The position numbers and the translations under genes are program-made. 64,000 nt of DNA from Sphingobacteriales bacterium (lineage in GTDB: Bacteria > Bacteroidota > Bacteroidia > UKL13-3), in assembly GCA_021299635.1 (NCBI GenBank), contig JAJTFA010000003.1, positions 145,795 to 209,794 of the forward strand. Reading direction: 5' to 3'. Below, piece by piece: positions 16,901-26,026 of this stretch (its first letter is position 1; each line of letters starts with the position of its first letter). The notes below the pieces were generated by a model. It saw only the letters and a list, made by a program, of their open reading frames with translations. It ran no database searches and was not told the origin of the DNA.

Positions 16901-17941
16901 GTTAATCCCAAACCTGCATCACCAACTGCAGGGAATAACGGGCCAAAGTGCACCGGTGATAATCTTTCGCTTACTGCCTCTGCAGTAGCCGGTGCAAGCT
17001 ATAGTTGGAGTGGCCCCGGAGGTTATTCATCAAGTCAGCAAAATCCTGTATTAACAAATATCACTACTGCCATGGCCGGCACATACAGTGTAGTAGCAAT
17101 TGTAAGTGGTTGCGTTTCCGGTGCATCAACAACAGATATTGTGGTAGGTACACCGCTGCCTGCTCCAACCCTTAGTAATGATAAAGGCTCACAATTAATT
17201 TGTGCCGGAGACAGCATACAGTTTTTTGCAACATTTGTAAGCGGTGCAACTTATGAATGGACTGGCCCTGCAGGTTTTCAGTCCGCACTTAATAATCCTA
17301 AAATTACCAATTTAACTCCGGCTAATTCAGGAACATACAATGCAGTAGTGAACAAAAACGGATGTGCTTCTGCACAGGGCAGTATTGCCATTAACGTAAA
17401 CAGCAAACCAAACACCAGTGCAATCTCCGGTCCGGATACGGTAAGAAATTTTGAAACACAAACAACCTTCTCCGTAACACCAACAACAGGTTCCATTTAC
17501 CAATGGAGTGTTACAGGAGGCGGAGTTATTTTCAGCGGCCAAAATACCAGTCAGATAAAAGTAAATTGGGGTGCAGTAAACAACGCTCAGGTGAAGGTTA
17601 CAGAAACAAATATTGGTGGCTGTAAGGGAACAGAAAAAGTTCAGAACGTGCGGGTGAAATCAACTGTGGGTGTGGCTGAGTTGAAGAAAACCACACAGCC
17701 TAAAATTTATCCTAACCCTGCAAATAATGATTTGTATGTGGAGATAGAGGCAAAACAAAAAACAACATTAAGCATTAACATCCTCAATCTGGTTGGACAA
17801 GTGGTAGAAAACCTGGATGTAGTTTCGGTTCAGGGATTAAATAAATTACATCTCGATACGCAAAAACTGAAGGCAGGAATTTATTTCGTGCAGATGGTGT
17901 TGGGAGATGAAACCTTTACGCAAAAAATAACCATTCAGTAA
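13943..17941 (+). CDS. Large secreted cell-surface protein: PKD-like domain, ten Ig-like repeats, T9SS C-terminal sorting domain
   Basis: 1332 aa. Signal peptide ...QHAGA|QV. PKD-like FTWDYGDSSG...YTVSL. Ten ~80-aa repeats of NNGPLCxGxxLxLTAxxxxGATYxWxGPNGFSSxxQNPxIxNxxxxxxGxYSVxxxxxGC (nt ~14950-17400). The C-terminal KIYPNPANNDLYVEIE...GIYFVQMVLGDETFTQKITIQ is a type A T9SS sorting domain. Confidence 0.8.
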   Translation: MKNNLLILAILTICMQHAGAQVHSTPVHIINNLQHQRVWNAQTPAGAFGKTSNCGPDTVNYTFNKTTQFNAIALNNTTSGNTFYQWYPAPQSLTINGFDFFAWQSASTNAVVPVTCRIYSASIIDSLPAYSGTPPTTNPPLATVIVNVDSTFGGGLLSNMRRRAVFSAPVTVTGPYIISIENSSATNVSVITNSWTAGNGASEWLSSVRIGTNIIRSYNVNVGGPVFNADFIFCPYTSYSLTSDFTVSPVCNQGGNLMTYTNTSSPINFSRFYSLRAFQNLPQFMFTWDYGDSSGTFFTVNGSRTYNYRVPYTVSLKDSIIGWTRGCVDTRTRLINPAPSTPNANNNGPLCQGATLQLTADSIPGATYYWTGPNNFTSTLRNPGIAGVTSLQVGTYNVRAISGQCSSMVASTNFNIIATPNVQSNSPLCVGQTLNLAATAITGAVYAWSGPNGFSSSLSNPTKANMQQSDTGTYSVTMTVPGCGVIGPYTAYVAVNPVPPTPTASNNGPLCAGDNLNLTASSFAGGSYAWTGPNGFSSTQQNPSRPNVTTLMAGSYSVTLTANGCSSPSVSTTVSINNIPSPPTAGSNGPLCAGQSLSLTATSIPGATYTWSGPNNFSSTSQNPTRTNVGTIDGGVYSVFATVNGCPSTTATISVNITNNTPTPVAGSNAPLCPGQNLQLTASNITGATYSWTGPNSFTSNLQNPVINNVTAGQAGLYSVTATTSGCGTSSPGTVNIAVNTLPAAPTASNNGTLCDGQNINLTASNVTGGTYSWTGPNGFTSTAQNPVITNASALKAGNYSVSVTVAGCGTSPVGNTNVIVRRNPAQPAITANNQVCSGDTLRFSALSNAVGPNATYAWSGPGGYSSSNRTNEIANVSAAANAGTYSVIASDSGCSSPPASVTVSVKALPATPVASNGGNVCEGANINLFSTTIAGATYKWIGPNGFSSGAEDPIIIGVTPAASGSYTVQSIVNGCASAPASTSVLVNPKPASPTAGNNGPKCTGDNLSLTASAVAGASYSWSGPGGYSSSQQNPVLTNITTAMAGTYSVVAIVSGCVSGASTTDIVVGTPLPAPTLSNDKGSQLICAGDSIQFFATFVSGATYEWTGPAGFQSALNNPKITNLTPANSGTYNAVVNKNGCASAQGSIAINVNSKPNTSAISGPDTVRNFETQTTFSVTPTTGSIYQWSVTGGGVIFSGQNTSQIKVNWGAVNNAQVKVTETNIGGCKGTEKVQNVRVKSTVGVAELKKTTQPKIYPNPANNDLYVEIEAKQKTTLSINILNLVGQVVENLDVVSVQGLNKLHLDTQKLKAGIYFVQMVLGDETFTQKITIQ

Positions 17942-17961
17942 GCATTCTGATTGGATTCATT

Positions 17962-17994
17962 AAAGGAGGATTGTATTACAGTCCTCCTTTTTTA
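17962..17994 (+). terminator. Rho-independent terminator
   Basis: Stem aaaggagga(17962-17970)/tcctccttt(17982-17990) followed by a T-run, 20 nt after the stop of the adhesin gene. Confidence 0.7.
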
Positions 17995-18037
17995 TTTCGC
18001 TCCAATTTTATATGTTTACGAACTAAGATTATTTACA

Positions 18038-18682
18038 GTGAGCAGCTTTTGGGATTTATTTAAACCACAGGAATTAATTGAGTACGGAGGGCTAGCTCTT
18101 GTTCTCATCATTATTTTTCTGGAAAACGGGGTATTCTTTGGTTTTTTTCTTCCTGGAGATTCGCTGCTGTTCACAGCAGGCTTGCTTTGTTTCCCGGGTG
18201 ATAGCCAGTTATTGCATACAGCGTTAAGCGCATTGATAATAGGTATAGCGGTGAGCGCTTTATTGGGCTACTACTTTGGTTATTTTTTTGGATACAAAAC
18301 CGGGCAAGCCTTTTACAAAAGAAAAGACTCCTTATTTTTTAAGAAACAATACATCATCACAGCTGAGAAATTTTACCAAAAATACGGTGGTTTTGCCCTG
18401 ATATTGGGTCGCTTCTTACCCATCGTTCGCACCTTTGCGCCTATACTTGCCGGAGTGGTGCGGGTTAATCATGCTACCTTCTTTTTATACAATTTGGCTG
18501 GTGCAATACTTTGGCCTCTTACCATAGTAAGTGCAGGATACTACGTAGGAAGCGTTTTCCCTGGCGCTTTGCATTATCTGGATTATATCGTGATAGGATT
18601 TATTGTAGTAACAAGCATACCCATCATTAACAACATCAGGCAGCAACGCAAGGAAAAGAAGGAAAGTGAAAGAGAGGTTTAA
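18038..18682 (+). CDS. DedA/VTT-family membrane protein
   Basis: ENGVFFGFFLPGDSLLFTAG and GRFLPIVRTFAPILAG motifs. I start at in-frame GTG 18038 ((M)SSFWDLFKPQELIEYGG). The listed TTG start at 17951 reads through the upstream terminator hairpin. Confidence 0.7.
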   Translation: MSSFWDLFKPQELIEYGGLALVLIIIFLENGVFFGFFLPGDSLLFTAGLLCFPGDSQLLHTALSALIIGIAVSALLGYYFGYFFGYKTGQAFYKRKDSLFFKKQYIITAEKFYQKYGGFALILGRFLPIVRTFAPILAGVVRVNHATFFLYNLAGAILWPLTIVSAGYYVGSVFPGALHYLDYIVIGFIVVTSIPIINNIRQQRKEKKESEREV

Positions 18683-18683
18683 G

Positions 18684-19484
18684 TTATTTCCAGGCCTTTA
18701 CAATTAAACCGGTTCCGGTTTTATGATTGCCAAAGGTATCCATCCAGTTTAGCACATAGGCAACTGGATAAGTAATGATATAATACAAAGGCAACAACAC
18801 AAAAAACAACTTGGTTGCATTAAGCATTTGCATCGGGTATTTCATACTTAGTTTCCATGCAATTTTACCCGGAGTTCCGTAGCTGTATTTGATATCTATT
18901 TTTTCAAATCCGGCTTTTATCAACTTTTCACGCATTTCTTCAACCGGATATCCATCACGCACATGCTCACCAATAAAAGATTCGCCATGTTCATCGGCAT
19001 TGCTGCCACCCTGGTCGCTGGGGGTGGAAATGAGAAGCATGGCACCGGGTTTCATACTTTTATTAAAATGTGTAAATACATCTACATCTTCTAAAATATG
19101 CTCCATTACATCTACGCACAAAATCAAATCATATTTATTGGTTGCATGCGGTTTGGTTAAATCGCCAAAAGCAAAGGTTACATTATTTAAACCACATTTG
19201 CTGAAGAATGCATTACAATCTTTAATCTGCTCTTCTTTTACATCTACTGCGTCAATGGTGCACTGACGATTGCGATTGGCAATGTAAAAGGAATATTGAC
19301 CAAAGCCGCTGCCCGCATCCATCATGGTAAATGCCTGTTTAAATATTGGCCAGGCTTTCAATTCTTTATGCACGTGCCAGGTGCGAAGCAATAATAAGTC
19401 AAGTAGCTTATAAAATAACTTGCGTAATGCCACTGATTGATTAAACACTTTACCAAGGTCGTTTTTTATAGGATCGTATTCCAT
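18684..19484 (-). CDS. Class I SAM-dependent methyltransferase
   Basis: 266 aa with motif I MMDAGSGFGQYS and post-I/II pattern DLILCVDVMEHI. Confidence 0.7.
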   Translation of the reverse strand: MEYDPIKNDLGKVFNQSVALRKLFYKLLDLLLLRTWHVHKELKAWPIFKQAFTMMDAGSGFGQYSFYIANRNRQCTIDAVDVKEEQIKDCNAFFSKCGLNNVTFAFGDLTKPHATNKYDLILCVDVMEHILEDVDVFTHFNKSMKPGAMLLISTPSDQGGSNADEHGESFIGEHVRDGYPVEEMREKLIKAGFEKIDIKYSYGTPGKIAWKLSMKYPMQMLNATKLFFVLLPLYYIITYPVAYVLNWMDTFGNHKTGTGLIVKAWK

Positions 19485-19625
19485 GTAGGTTCAATAAATT
19501 TTGGGCAATATAAGGCTACAGGTTGATAATTGAAAAATACAGCCCATAATCCACAACTGCCCATAACTTGTGTTTTTACACAAAAGGTTTTTGTGTTACC
19601 ATTGAATCATCATAATTCTTAACAC

Positions 19626-21059
19626 ATGGCATTAAGTAGATTTTGGTCATATATAATTGTTTGCAGCGTGGTATACATTTTTTATCTGCTGGCAACCGAT
19701 CAATTATATCAACTGGGTCAATTGGTAAATGGCAAACAAAACGATGCACTGGTTATAGCAGAAGTGCAAAGCAGCACTATTGAACAAGTTGATAGTACAT
19801 TGTATAATAATTTGGCTGCGGCAAAGGCCAGTGGCTATCAGAACGGTGATACCCTGTACCGCTTGCTGGATAATGGAATTGTAGAGGTTTGCAGGGGCAA
19901 ACAACCTGCCGATGGTATTTTTGCTACCTGTAAAAATACCATGACCGATTTATGGTTGCCGCTTATTGGTTACCTTACTTTTTTTTGCGGATTGCTAAAC
20001 CTGCTTAACGACTCGAACGCCATAACCAAACTGGCTGGGGTTCTCACCCCATTTTTTGTGCGTATTTTTCCTGAGTTACCCAAAGGCCACAATGCCTATG
20101 GTTTTATGACCATGAATTTTGCCGCCAATTTTTTAGGGCTGGATAATGCTGCAACACCTTTTGGTCTCAAAGCCATGGAAAGTATGCAGGAGGTAAACCC
20201 AAACAAAGAAAAAGCAAGCAATAGCCAGATTATGTTTTTGTGTTTGCATGCAGCCGGGCTCACCCTTATTCCAACATCCATTATTGGCTATCGTGCTGCA
20301 CAAGGAGCAGCCAATCCTTCTGATATAATGTTGCCTTGTATCATTACCTCTTTTGTAGGCACATTAGCTGCGCTGATTTTTGTAAGTATCAAGCAGCGTA
20401 TTAATTTGGTTAATGCTGCCGTGCTGGGTTTTGTAGGAGTGGTGAGTGCCATTATTGGTGTGCTTATGTACTATATAACCAAACTGGATGGTATTGATAA
20501 AATGCATTTTACAGGCAACCTAAGTAACAGTGTATTGCTTGTTATTATTTTACTGATTGTATTATACAGCATACTCAACGAGAAAATATTTAAGCTAAAC
20601 AACACCAACCTGTTTGATTCATTTGTGCATGGAGCAAAGGATGGATTTACCACAGGTGTGCGCGTATTACCCTATATGATAGCCATGTTGGTGGCATTGA
20701 GCATTTTTCGCAACTCAGGGCTCATGCATATTGTCATGGGAGGGCTATCCTCGGTGTTGGCCGCTTTTGGTGTAAATGAGCAAATTATTCAGGCCATTCC
20801 GGTGGCCCTGATGCGACCGTTTAGTGCAGGTGGCTCACGCGGGTTTATGCTGGATGCCATGAAAACTTATGGTGCAGATAGCTTAGCCGGACAACTTTCC
20901 TGCCTGTTTCAGGGTGCTGCTGAAACCACCTTCTACGTGCTGGCCTTGTATTTTGGATCCATTAATGTTAAAGACAGTCGTTATACCCTTGGCATCATGC
21001 TGATGGTTGATTTGGTGTGCATAATAACCGCTATAACGGTTTGCATCCTTTATTTTTAA
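19626..21059 (+). CDS. Nucleoside-recognition (Gate) domain membrane protein, fused SpmA/SpmB-like
   Basis: 477 aa, polytopic. NFAANFLGLDNAATPFGLKAME is typical of SpmA-like proteins, and the C-terminal half is SpmB-like. Confidence 0.6.
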   Translation: MALSRFWSYIIVCSVVYIFYLLATDQLYQLGQLVNGKQNDALVIAEVQSSTIEQVDSTLYNNLAAAKASGYQNGDTLYRLLDNGIVEVCRGKQPADGIFATCKNTMTDLWLPLIGYLTFFCGLLNLLNDSNAITKLAGVLTPFFVRIFPELPKGHNAYGFMTMNFAANFLGLDNAATPFGLKAMESMQEVNPNKEKASNSQIMFLCLHAAGLTLIPTSIIGYRAAQGAANPSDIMLPCIITSFVGTLAALIFVSIKQRINLVNAAVLGFVGVVSAIIGVLMYYITKLDGIDKMHFTGNLSNSVLLVIILLIVLYSILNEKIFKLNNTNLFDSFVHGAKDGFTTGVRVLPYMIAMLVALSIFRNSGLMHIVMGGLSSVLAAFGVNEQIIQAIPVALMRPFSAGGSRGFMLDAMKTYGADSLAGQLSCLFQGAAETTFYVLALYFGSINVKDSRYTLGIMLMVDLVCIITAITVCILYF

Positions 21060-21153
21060 AGGCGGAGCAGCTTTTTTTCAACTAATTTGTTTGGTTTTGG
21101 GCATTTGTGTAAGTTTGAGGCTCAATACATTTTTAAACGTATAATTTAATTTT

Positions 21154-21537
21154 ATGGCACTAGATATATCAGGAAAAATTGTTCAGAAAATGAACAAAAC
21201 AGAAGGAATCAGTAAAGCAGGAAAACCTTGGAGCAAGCAGGAGTTTGTTATTGAAACATTTGATACCTATCCGCGTAAAGTTTGCTTAAGCGTAATGAAT
21301 GACAAGGTAAACGAGTTGGAACGTTATAACGTAGGAGATACCATCAACGCATCTCTTAATATCGAATCTCGTGAGTATAATGGCCGCTGGTACACTGATG
21401 TGCGCGCATGGAAATTAAACTCGGCACAGGCTGCCTCAGGAGGCAATACATCACAAAATGGTCCGTCAGAAACCTTTCAGGGCGGATCAGATCCGGGATT
21501 TAGCAATGATGCCACCTCAGACGATTTACCTTTTTAA
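21154..21537 (+). CDS. DUF3127-family protein
   Basis: 127 aa. The N-terminus MALDISGKIVQK...GKPWSKQEFVIETFDTYPRKVCLSV matches my memory of DUF3127 (OB-fold-like), with a low-complexity acidic tail. Confidence 0.6.
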   Translation: MALDISGKIVQKMNKTEGISKAGKPWSKQEFVIETFDTYPRKVCLSVMNDKVNELERYNVGDTINASLNIESREYNGRWYTDVRAWKLNSAQAASGGNTSQNGPSETFQGGSDPGFSNDATSDDLPF

Positions 21538-21623
21538 TTAGATAATTTTATTGTTTGCATGAAATGGGTAAATCTGATTTGCCCATTTTTTATTTTATAA
21601 ACAGTGCAGTTTTATCAATTACC

Positions 21624-23090
21624 ATGAACCACTCCTTAAGCATATACAATACATTAACACGCAAGAACGAAACATTTACACCGCTTCATAAAGGCTTGGT
21701 GGGTATGTATGTTTGTGGGCCTACCGTTTACAGCAATGCGCATTTAGGCAATGCCCGTACGTTCATTTCTTTTGATGTGGTGTTTCGCTACCTGCAGCAT
21801 TTGGGCTATAAGGTGCGTTACGTGCGCAATATTACAGATGCCGGACATTTAGAAAGCGATGCAGATGTCGGTGAAGACAAGGTGAGTAAAAAAGCAAAAC
21901 TGGAGCAGCTGGAGCCTATGGAAATTGTGCAACGCTATACACTCGATTTTCATGATGTGATGCGCGCTTTCAATACCTTGCCTCCAAGCATTGAGCCTAC
22001 AGCTACAGGACATATCATTGAGCAAATTGAAATGACCAGGCAAATTATTGCCAATGGGTTTGCTTATGAAGTAAATGGTTCGGTTTATTTTGATGTAACC
22101 AAATTTGCCCAAACCTATCCCTACACTGCTTTATCCAATAGAAATTTAGATGAACTGTTAAATAATACACGCGAGCTGGATGGACAGGATGAAAAACATG
22201 GCCGGTTGGATTTTGCACTTTGGATTAAGGCAAACCCTGAACACCTTATGCGCTGGAGTAGTCCGTGGGGTGAAGGTTTTCCTGGCTGGCACCTGGAGTG
22301 CTCTGCCATGAGCAGAAAATATTTGGGAGATGCTTTTGATATTCATGGAGGGGGTATGGATTTAATACCTACCCATCACACCAATGAAGTGGCACAAAAC
22401 GTTGCTTGCACAGGCCAGCATCATCCGGTAAAATATTGGATGCACACCAATATGCTAACGGTAAATGGGCAAAAAATGAGTAAGAGTTTGGGTAATTCAT
22501 TCCTGCCTTTAGAATTGTTTACCGGCAGTCATGCATTGCTAGATAAGGGCTACAGTCCAATGACTGTAAGATTTTTCATGCTTCAGGCGCACTATCGCAG
22601 TACGCTCGATTTTAGTAATGAAGCCCTTCTGGCAGCTGAAAAAGGATTTGCACGATTAATGAATGCCATACGTTTAATAGATAGTTTAAAAACCGGTGCT
22701 GCAACCACATCCAATATTGAGCTGCTTAAGCAAAACGTATACGCAGCTATGAATGATGATTTCAACACACCCATTGCACTCGCACATTTATTTGAAGCCG
22801 TGCGCATCATCAACAGCGTGAATGATGGTAAAGAAACGCTGAGTGAAGCAGATAAGCAAACGCTTAAAAAATTGATGCATGAGATGGTATTCGATGTGCT
22901 GGGATTACGTGAGGAGCAAGCGATAAATACTGATAAAATAGACGGACTGATGCAGATGATTTTAGACCAGCGCAAAGACGCTAAGGCCAGAAAAGATTTT
23001 GCATCTTCTGATTTAATCAGAGATAAATTAAAAGAGCTGGGCTTTGAGATTAAGGATGGTAAAGACGGAACAACCTATAGTATTGTTTAA
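21624..23090 (+). CDS. cysS: Cysteine--tRNA ligase
   Basis: HIGH-type motif AHLGNARTF, KMSKS present, CysRS-like WHLECSAM zinc region. The start is set at ATG 21624 (MNHSLSIYNTLTRK). Confidence 0.9.
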   Translation: MNHSLSIYNTLTRKNETFTPLHKGLVGMYVCGPTVYSNAHLGNARTFISFDVVFRYLQHLGYKVRYVRNITDAGHLESDADVGEDKVSKKAKLEQLEPMEIVQRYTLDFHDVMRAFNTLPPSIEPTATGHIIEQIEMTRQIIANGFAYEVNGSVYFDVTKFAQTYPYTALSNRNLDELLNNTRELDGQDEKHGRLDFALWIKANPEHLMRWSSPWGEGFPGWHLECSAMSRKYLGDAFDIHGGGMDLIPTHHTNEVAQNVACTGQHHPVKYWMHTNMLTVNGQKMSKSLGNSFLPLELFTGSHALLDKGYSPMTVRFFMLQAHYRSTLDFSNEALLAAEKGFARLMNAIRLIDSLKTGAATTSNIELLKQNVYAAMNDDFNTPIALAHLFEAVRIINSVNDGKETLSEADKQTLKKLMHEMVFDVLGLREEQAINTDKIDGLMQMILDQRKDAKARKDFASSDLIRDKLKELGFEIKDGKDGTTYSIV

Positions 23091-23092
23091 GT

Positions 23093-24091
23093 ATGCAATT
23101 GTATAATTTGTTTAAAGCATTAACTTTTTTAGCATTGCTAATGCTTGCTGCATGCGGTGGTGGCGGGCAATCAGGTAAAACAGCACAAACCACGCAGCAA
23201 ACAGCTGAACAGCCAAAAGCCTATAAACAAGTATCACCAAATTTTAATGCCGATAGTGCCTACTACTTTGTAGATAAACAGGTTTCGTTCGGCCCGCGTG
23301 TAACCAATTCTGAGCCGCATAAAAAATGCGGAGATTGGCTGGTTGCTGAGTTAAGAAAAATGAGTGATAATGTGATCGAGCAAAAAACCACACTTACCAA
23401 TTATGACGGTAGGCAATTAAACATCAGAAATATCATTGCAGAAATAAATCCAAAAGCTGATAAGCGTATTTTACTTTGTGCCCACTGGGATAGCAGGCCC
23501 TTTGCTGATGAAGATACCAAAGATACCAATAAACCTATTTTAGGAGCCAATGATGGAGGCAGCGGAGTAGGGGTATTGATGGAAATTGCTCGTATCATTA
23601 AAAACAATCCTCTTTCGGTTGGAATAGATATTGTGTTATTTGACGCAGAAGATTTAGGAAAATCGGAGCATAACAACTCTTATTGTTTAGGCTCACAATA
23701 TTGGAGTACCAATTTGCACAAGCCAGGCTACAAAGCTGAGTATGGAATTTTACTGGATATGGTTGGAGCAGCCAATGCCAAATTTGCATGGGAGGAAGTT
23801 TCGGTTACTTATGCAAGACTAGTATTGGAAAAAGTTTGGGGTACCGCACAGGTATTGGGTTATCCGCATTTTGTGTATTACAACAAAGGAGGTATTATTG
23901 ATGATCATGCCTATGTAAATAAAAATGCAGGTATCCCAACCATTGATATCATACATTTTGACACGCAAACTCAAAGTGGTTTTCCTGAGCACTGGCACAC
24001 GCACAGAGACAATATGTATGCGATAGACAGAACTACGTTAAAGGCTGTTGGCCAAACCTTGCTGGAAGTGATTTATTCTGAAAAATTCTAA
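23093..24091 (+). CDS. Glutaminyl-peptide cyclotransferase-like M28-family lipoprotein
   Basis: Lipobox LLMLAAC. M28/QC-type metal-site motifs CAHWDSRPFAD, ANDGGSGVGVLMEIAR, FDAEDLG. Confidence 0.7.
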   Translation: MQLYNLFKALTFLALLMLAACGGGGQSGKTAQTTQQTAEQPKAYKQVSPNFNADSAYYFVDKQVSFGPRVTNSEPHKKCGDWLVAELRKMSDNVIEQKTTLTNYDGRQLNIRNIIAEINPKADKRILLCAHWDSRPFADEDTKDTNKPILGANDGGSGVGVLMEIARIIKNNPLSVGIDIVLFDAEDLGKSEHNNSYCLGSQYWSTNLHKPGYKAEYGILLDMVGAANAKFAWEEVSVTYARLVLEKVWGTAQVLGYPHFVYYNKGGIIDDHAYVNKNAGIPTIDIIHFDTQTQSGFPEHWHTHRDNMYAIDRTTLKAVGQTLLEVIYSEKF

Positions 24092-24909
24092 TCGGCATCT
24101 GTTTTAAACGCCAAGATTGGCACACCAACTTTTGCTGCCAGTCCATTAATAATACTTTTGCGTAGTACTCTATAAGTTGAATCTCTTGTATGCGATAAAA
24201 TTGCCAGTAAATCTGGATGATGTTCTGCCACAAACTCTGCAATAGCTGATTCCGGATTATTGCTCATTACAGCATCAAAGGTGATGGCTTTATAATTAAA
24301 ACTTCGTTGAAGGTCTTGTGCTATCAGTTCAGGGCTAAAGTTAGTTGCATTTATTACCTCAGGAAATATATGCAGAAACCTAATCTGTGCCCCATAAATT
24401 TTAGCCAATGCAACCAGCGCCTGTCCCTCCAGATTGGTATCTGAGAAATCGGTAGCATACACAATATTTTTTATGCCATTAAATATTACATGTTGCGGTA
24501 CTGAGATGATAGGCCTGATGGAGGTGGTTATCATAACTGAGGTATGGCCTCCCCAAAGAATATGGTTATTATCTGATGCTCCTGTTGATGCCATGATGAT
24601 GATATCTGCTTTGCTCTTTTCGGCATAAACATTAATAACCTCGGCAATTTGCATACCGTGAGCAGAATGGTAATGAATAGATGGCGGGATGCTTCCTCTT
24701 TGCTTTCTAATCTGCTCGAGGGTTTTATCAAATTGCTGCTTTATCTCTTGCTGTAGCTCTTTTCCAAAGGAATCAGCAGTATCTGAATCTTGGTAGCAGG
24801 TTACATGAAGCAAATCATACGATGTATCCTGCTTAAACATATCAAATGCATAGCATATCGCATTAATTGATGCAGTAGAAAAATCGATTGGAATCAGTAC
24901 ACTGAGCAT
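24088..24909 (-). CDS. Universal stress protein, tandem Usp domains
   Basis: Two Usp halves (VLIPIDFSTAS...; IVYATDFSD...VPILAFK). The ATG at 24907-24909 is preferred over the TTG at 24927. Confidence 0.7.
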   Translation of the reverse strand: MLSVLIPIDFSTASINAICYAFDMFKQDTSYDLLHVTCYQDSDTADSFGKELQQEIKQQFDKTLEQIRKQRGSIPPSIHYHSAHGMQIAEVINVYAEKSKADIIIMASTGASDNNHILWGGHTSVMITTSIRPIISVPQHVIFNGIKNIVYATDFSDTNLEGQALVALAKIYGAQIRFLHIFPEVINATNFSPELIAQDLQRSFNYKAITFDAVMSNNPESAIAEFVAEHHPDLLAILSHTRDSTYRVLRKSIINGLAAKVGVPILAFKTDAD

Positions 24910-24963
24910 TTTAAAAATAACATGCAAAGGTATCTTGGCAAAAAACTAAAAAAATGACTGTGA

Positions 24964-26022
24964 TCAGTTTCTCATTTTCTGAAGTTTTTCTATATTAAGT
25001 ATGGTAATTAGTCTGGCTTTGATGTCAATCAGCTTCTCATCTTTAAAATCAGATAATGTTCTGATTACTGTTTCTGTTGAGGTGCCAACCAGGTTGGCAA
25101 GGTCTTCCCGGTTTACAGCCATTGTAAAGGGTACCTTTTTTTCTTTGTTATATTTTTTTTCAAGCGTAAGCAATCCTTCAGCAACCCTTTTCCGAACAGA
25201 GTTATAAGCCAGTTTAAGCATTCTGTCTTCCATTTCCAGAATATTGTTGCTAAGCATTTTTATAAATCGGTTGGCTACATTCCTGTTTTTAGCAATCAAT
25301 TCATGAAAATCTTCATTGGGTATAAAATAAATCTGAGATTCTTCCATTGTCATTGCAGATTCTTGATAAGACCGATCTTCCATTAATGAAAGGTATCCGA
25401 AAAAGTCTCCTGTATTGTATAGCCCAACAATAATATCTTTACCATCTTCATTGGATTTAAATGCCTTTACTTTACCCTGCTGTATAAAGTAAATACCCCT
25501 AGGAAAATTACCTGCATGGTAAATATGCTCTTTCTTTTTAAACTGATGCATGGTTCGATTTTTCGAAATTTTATTTAGGTCTTCAAGCGTTTTAGCTTGG
25601 GCAATAAAGCTTTCTATTCCATCTGCCGACCTTTGAAATTCAGTCTTGAGCAATTCATTGCGCTTTAGCCTGGCTTCTATGGCGTCAATAATATCCGTTT
25701 CATCAAATGGCTTGGTTATATAATCATCTGCACCTAAAGCCATGCCTTTTCTGATGTCAGTTCGCTCAGTTTTGGCAGTTAGGAATATGAATGGAATGGC
25801 AGCTGTTTCAGGATTATTGGATAAATCCTCCAGCACGGCATACCCATCCATTTCGGGCATCATAATATCGCAAATAATAAGATCTGGCTTTTCTGTTCTT
25901 GCCTGTTTAACTCCATCTGCACCATGCGCAGATTTGCTAACCTTATATCCGGAGAGCTCGAGTAGTTCTGCAGTGTTCTCCCTTACATCTTTATTATCTT
26001 CTATAATTAATATGTGTTTCAT
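24964..26022 (-). CDS. Hybrid response regulator: REC domain fused to a cNMP-binding/Crp-type HTH module
   Basis: REC (ILIIEDN..., DLIICDIMMPEMDGY, FLTAK), then a cNMP-binding-like barrel (GDFFGYLSL) and a Crp-type HTH (REDLANLVGTSTETVIRTLSDF). Confidence 0.8.
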   Translation of the reverse strand: MKHILIIEDNKDVRENTAELLELSGYKVSKSAHGADGVKQARTEKPDLIICDIMMPEMDGYAVLEDLSNNPETAAIPFIFLTAKTERTDIRKGMALGADDYITKPFDETDIIDAIEARLKRNELLKTEFQRSADGIESFIAQAKTLEDLNKISKNRTMHQFKKKEHIYHAGNFPRGIYFIQQGKVKAFKSNEDGKDIIVGLYNTGDFFGYLSLMEDRSYQESAMTMEESQIYFIPNEDFHELIAKNRNVANRFIKMLSNNILEMEDRMLKLAYNSVRKRVAEGLLTLEKKYNKEKKVPFTMAVNREDLANLVGTSTETVIRTLSDFKDEKLIDIKARLITILNIEKLQKMRN

Positions 26023-26026
26023 AAAA

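Noticed and set aside
14296-17542. Multiple 60-100-aa minus-strand ORFs inside the adhesin gene (for example 15523-15801, 16444-16743)
   Set aside because: They are antisense to a clearly coding, repeat-rich gene. They are artefacts of the G/C-poor-stop antisense frame and have no independent signals.
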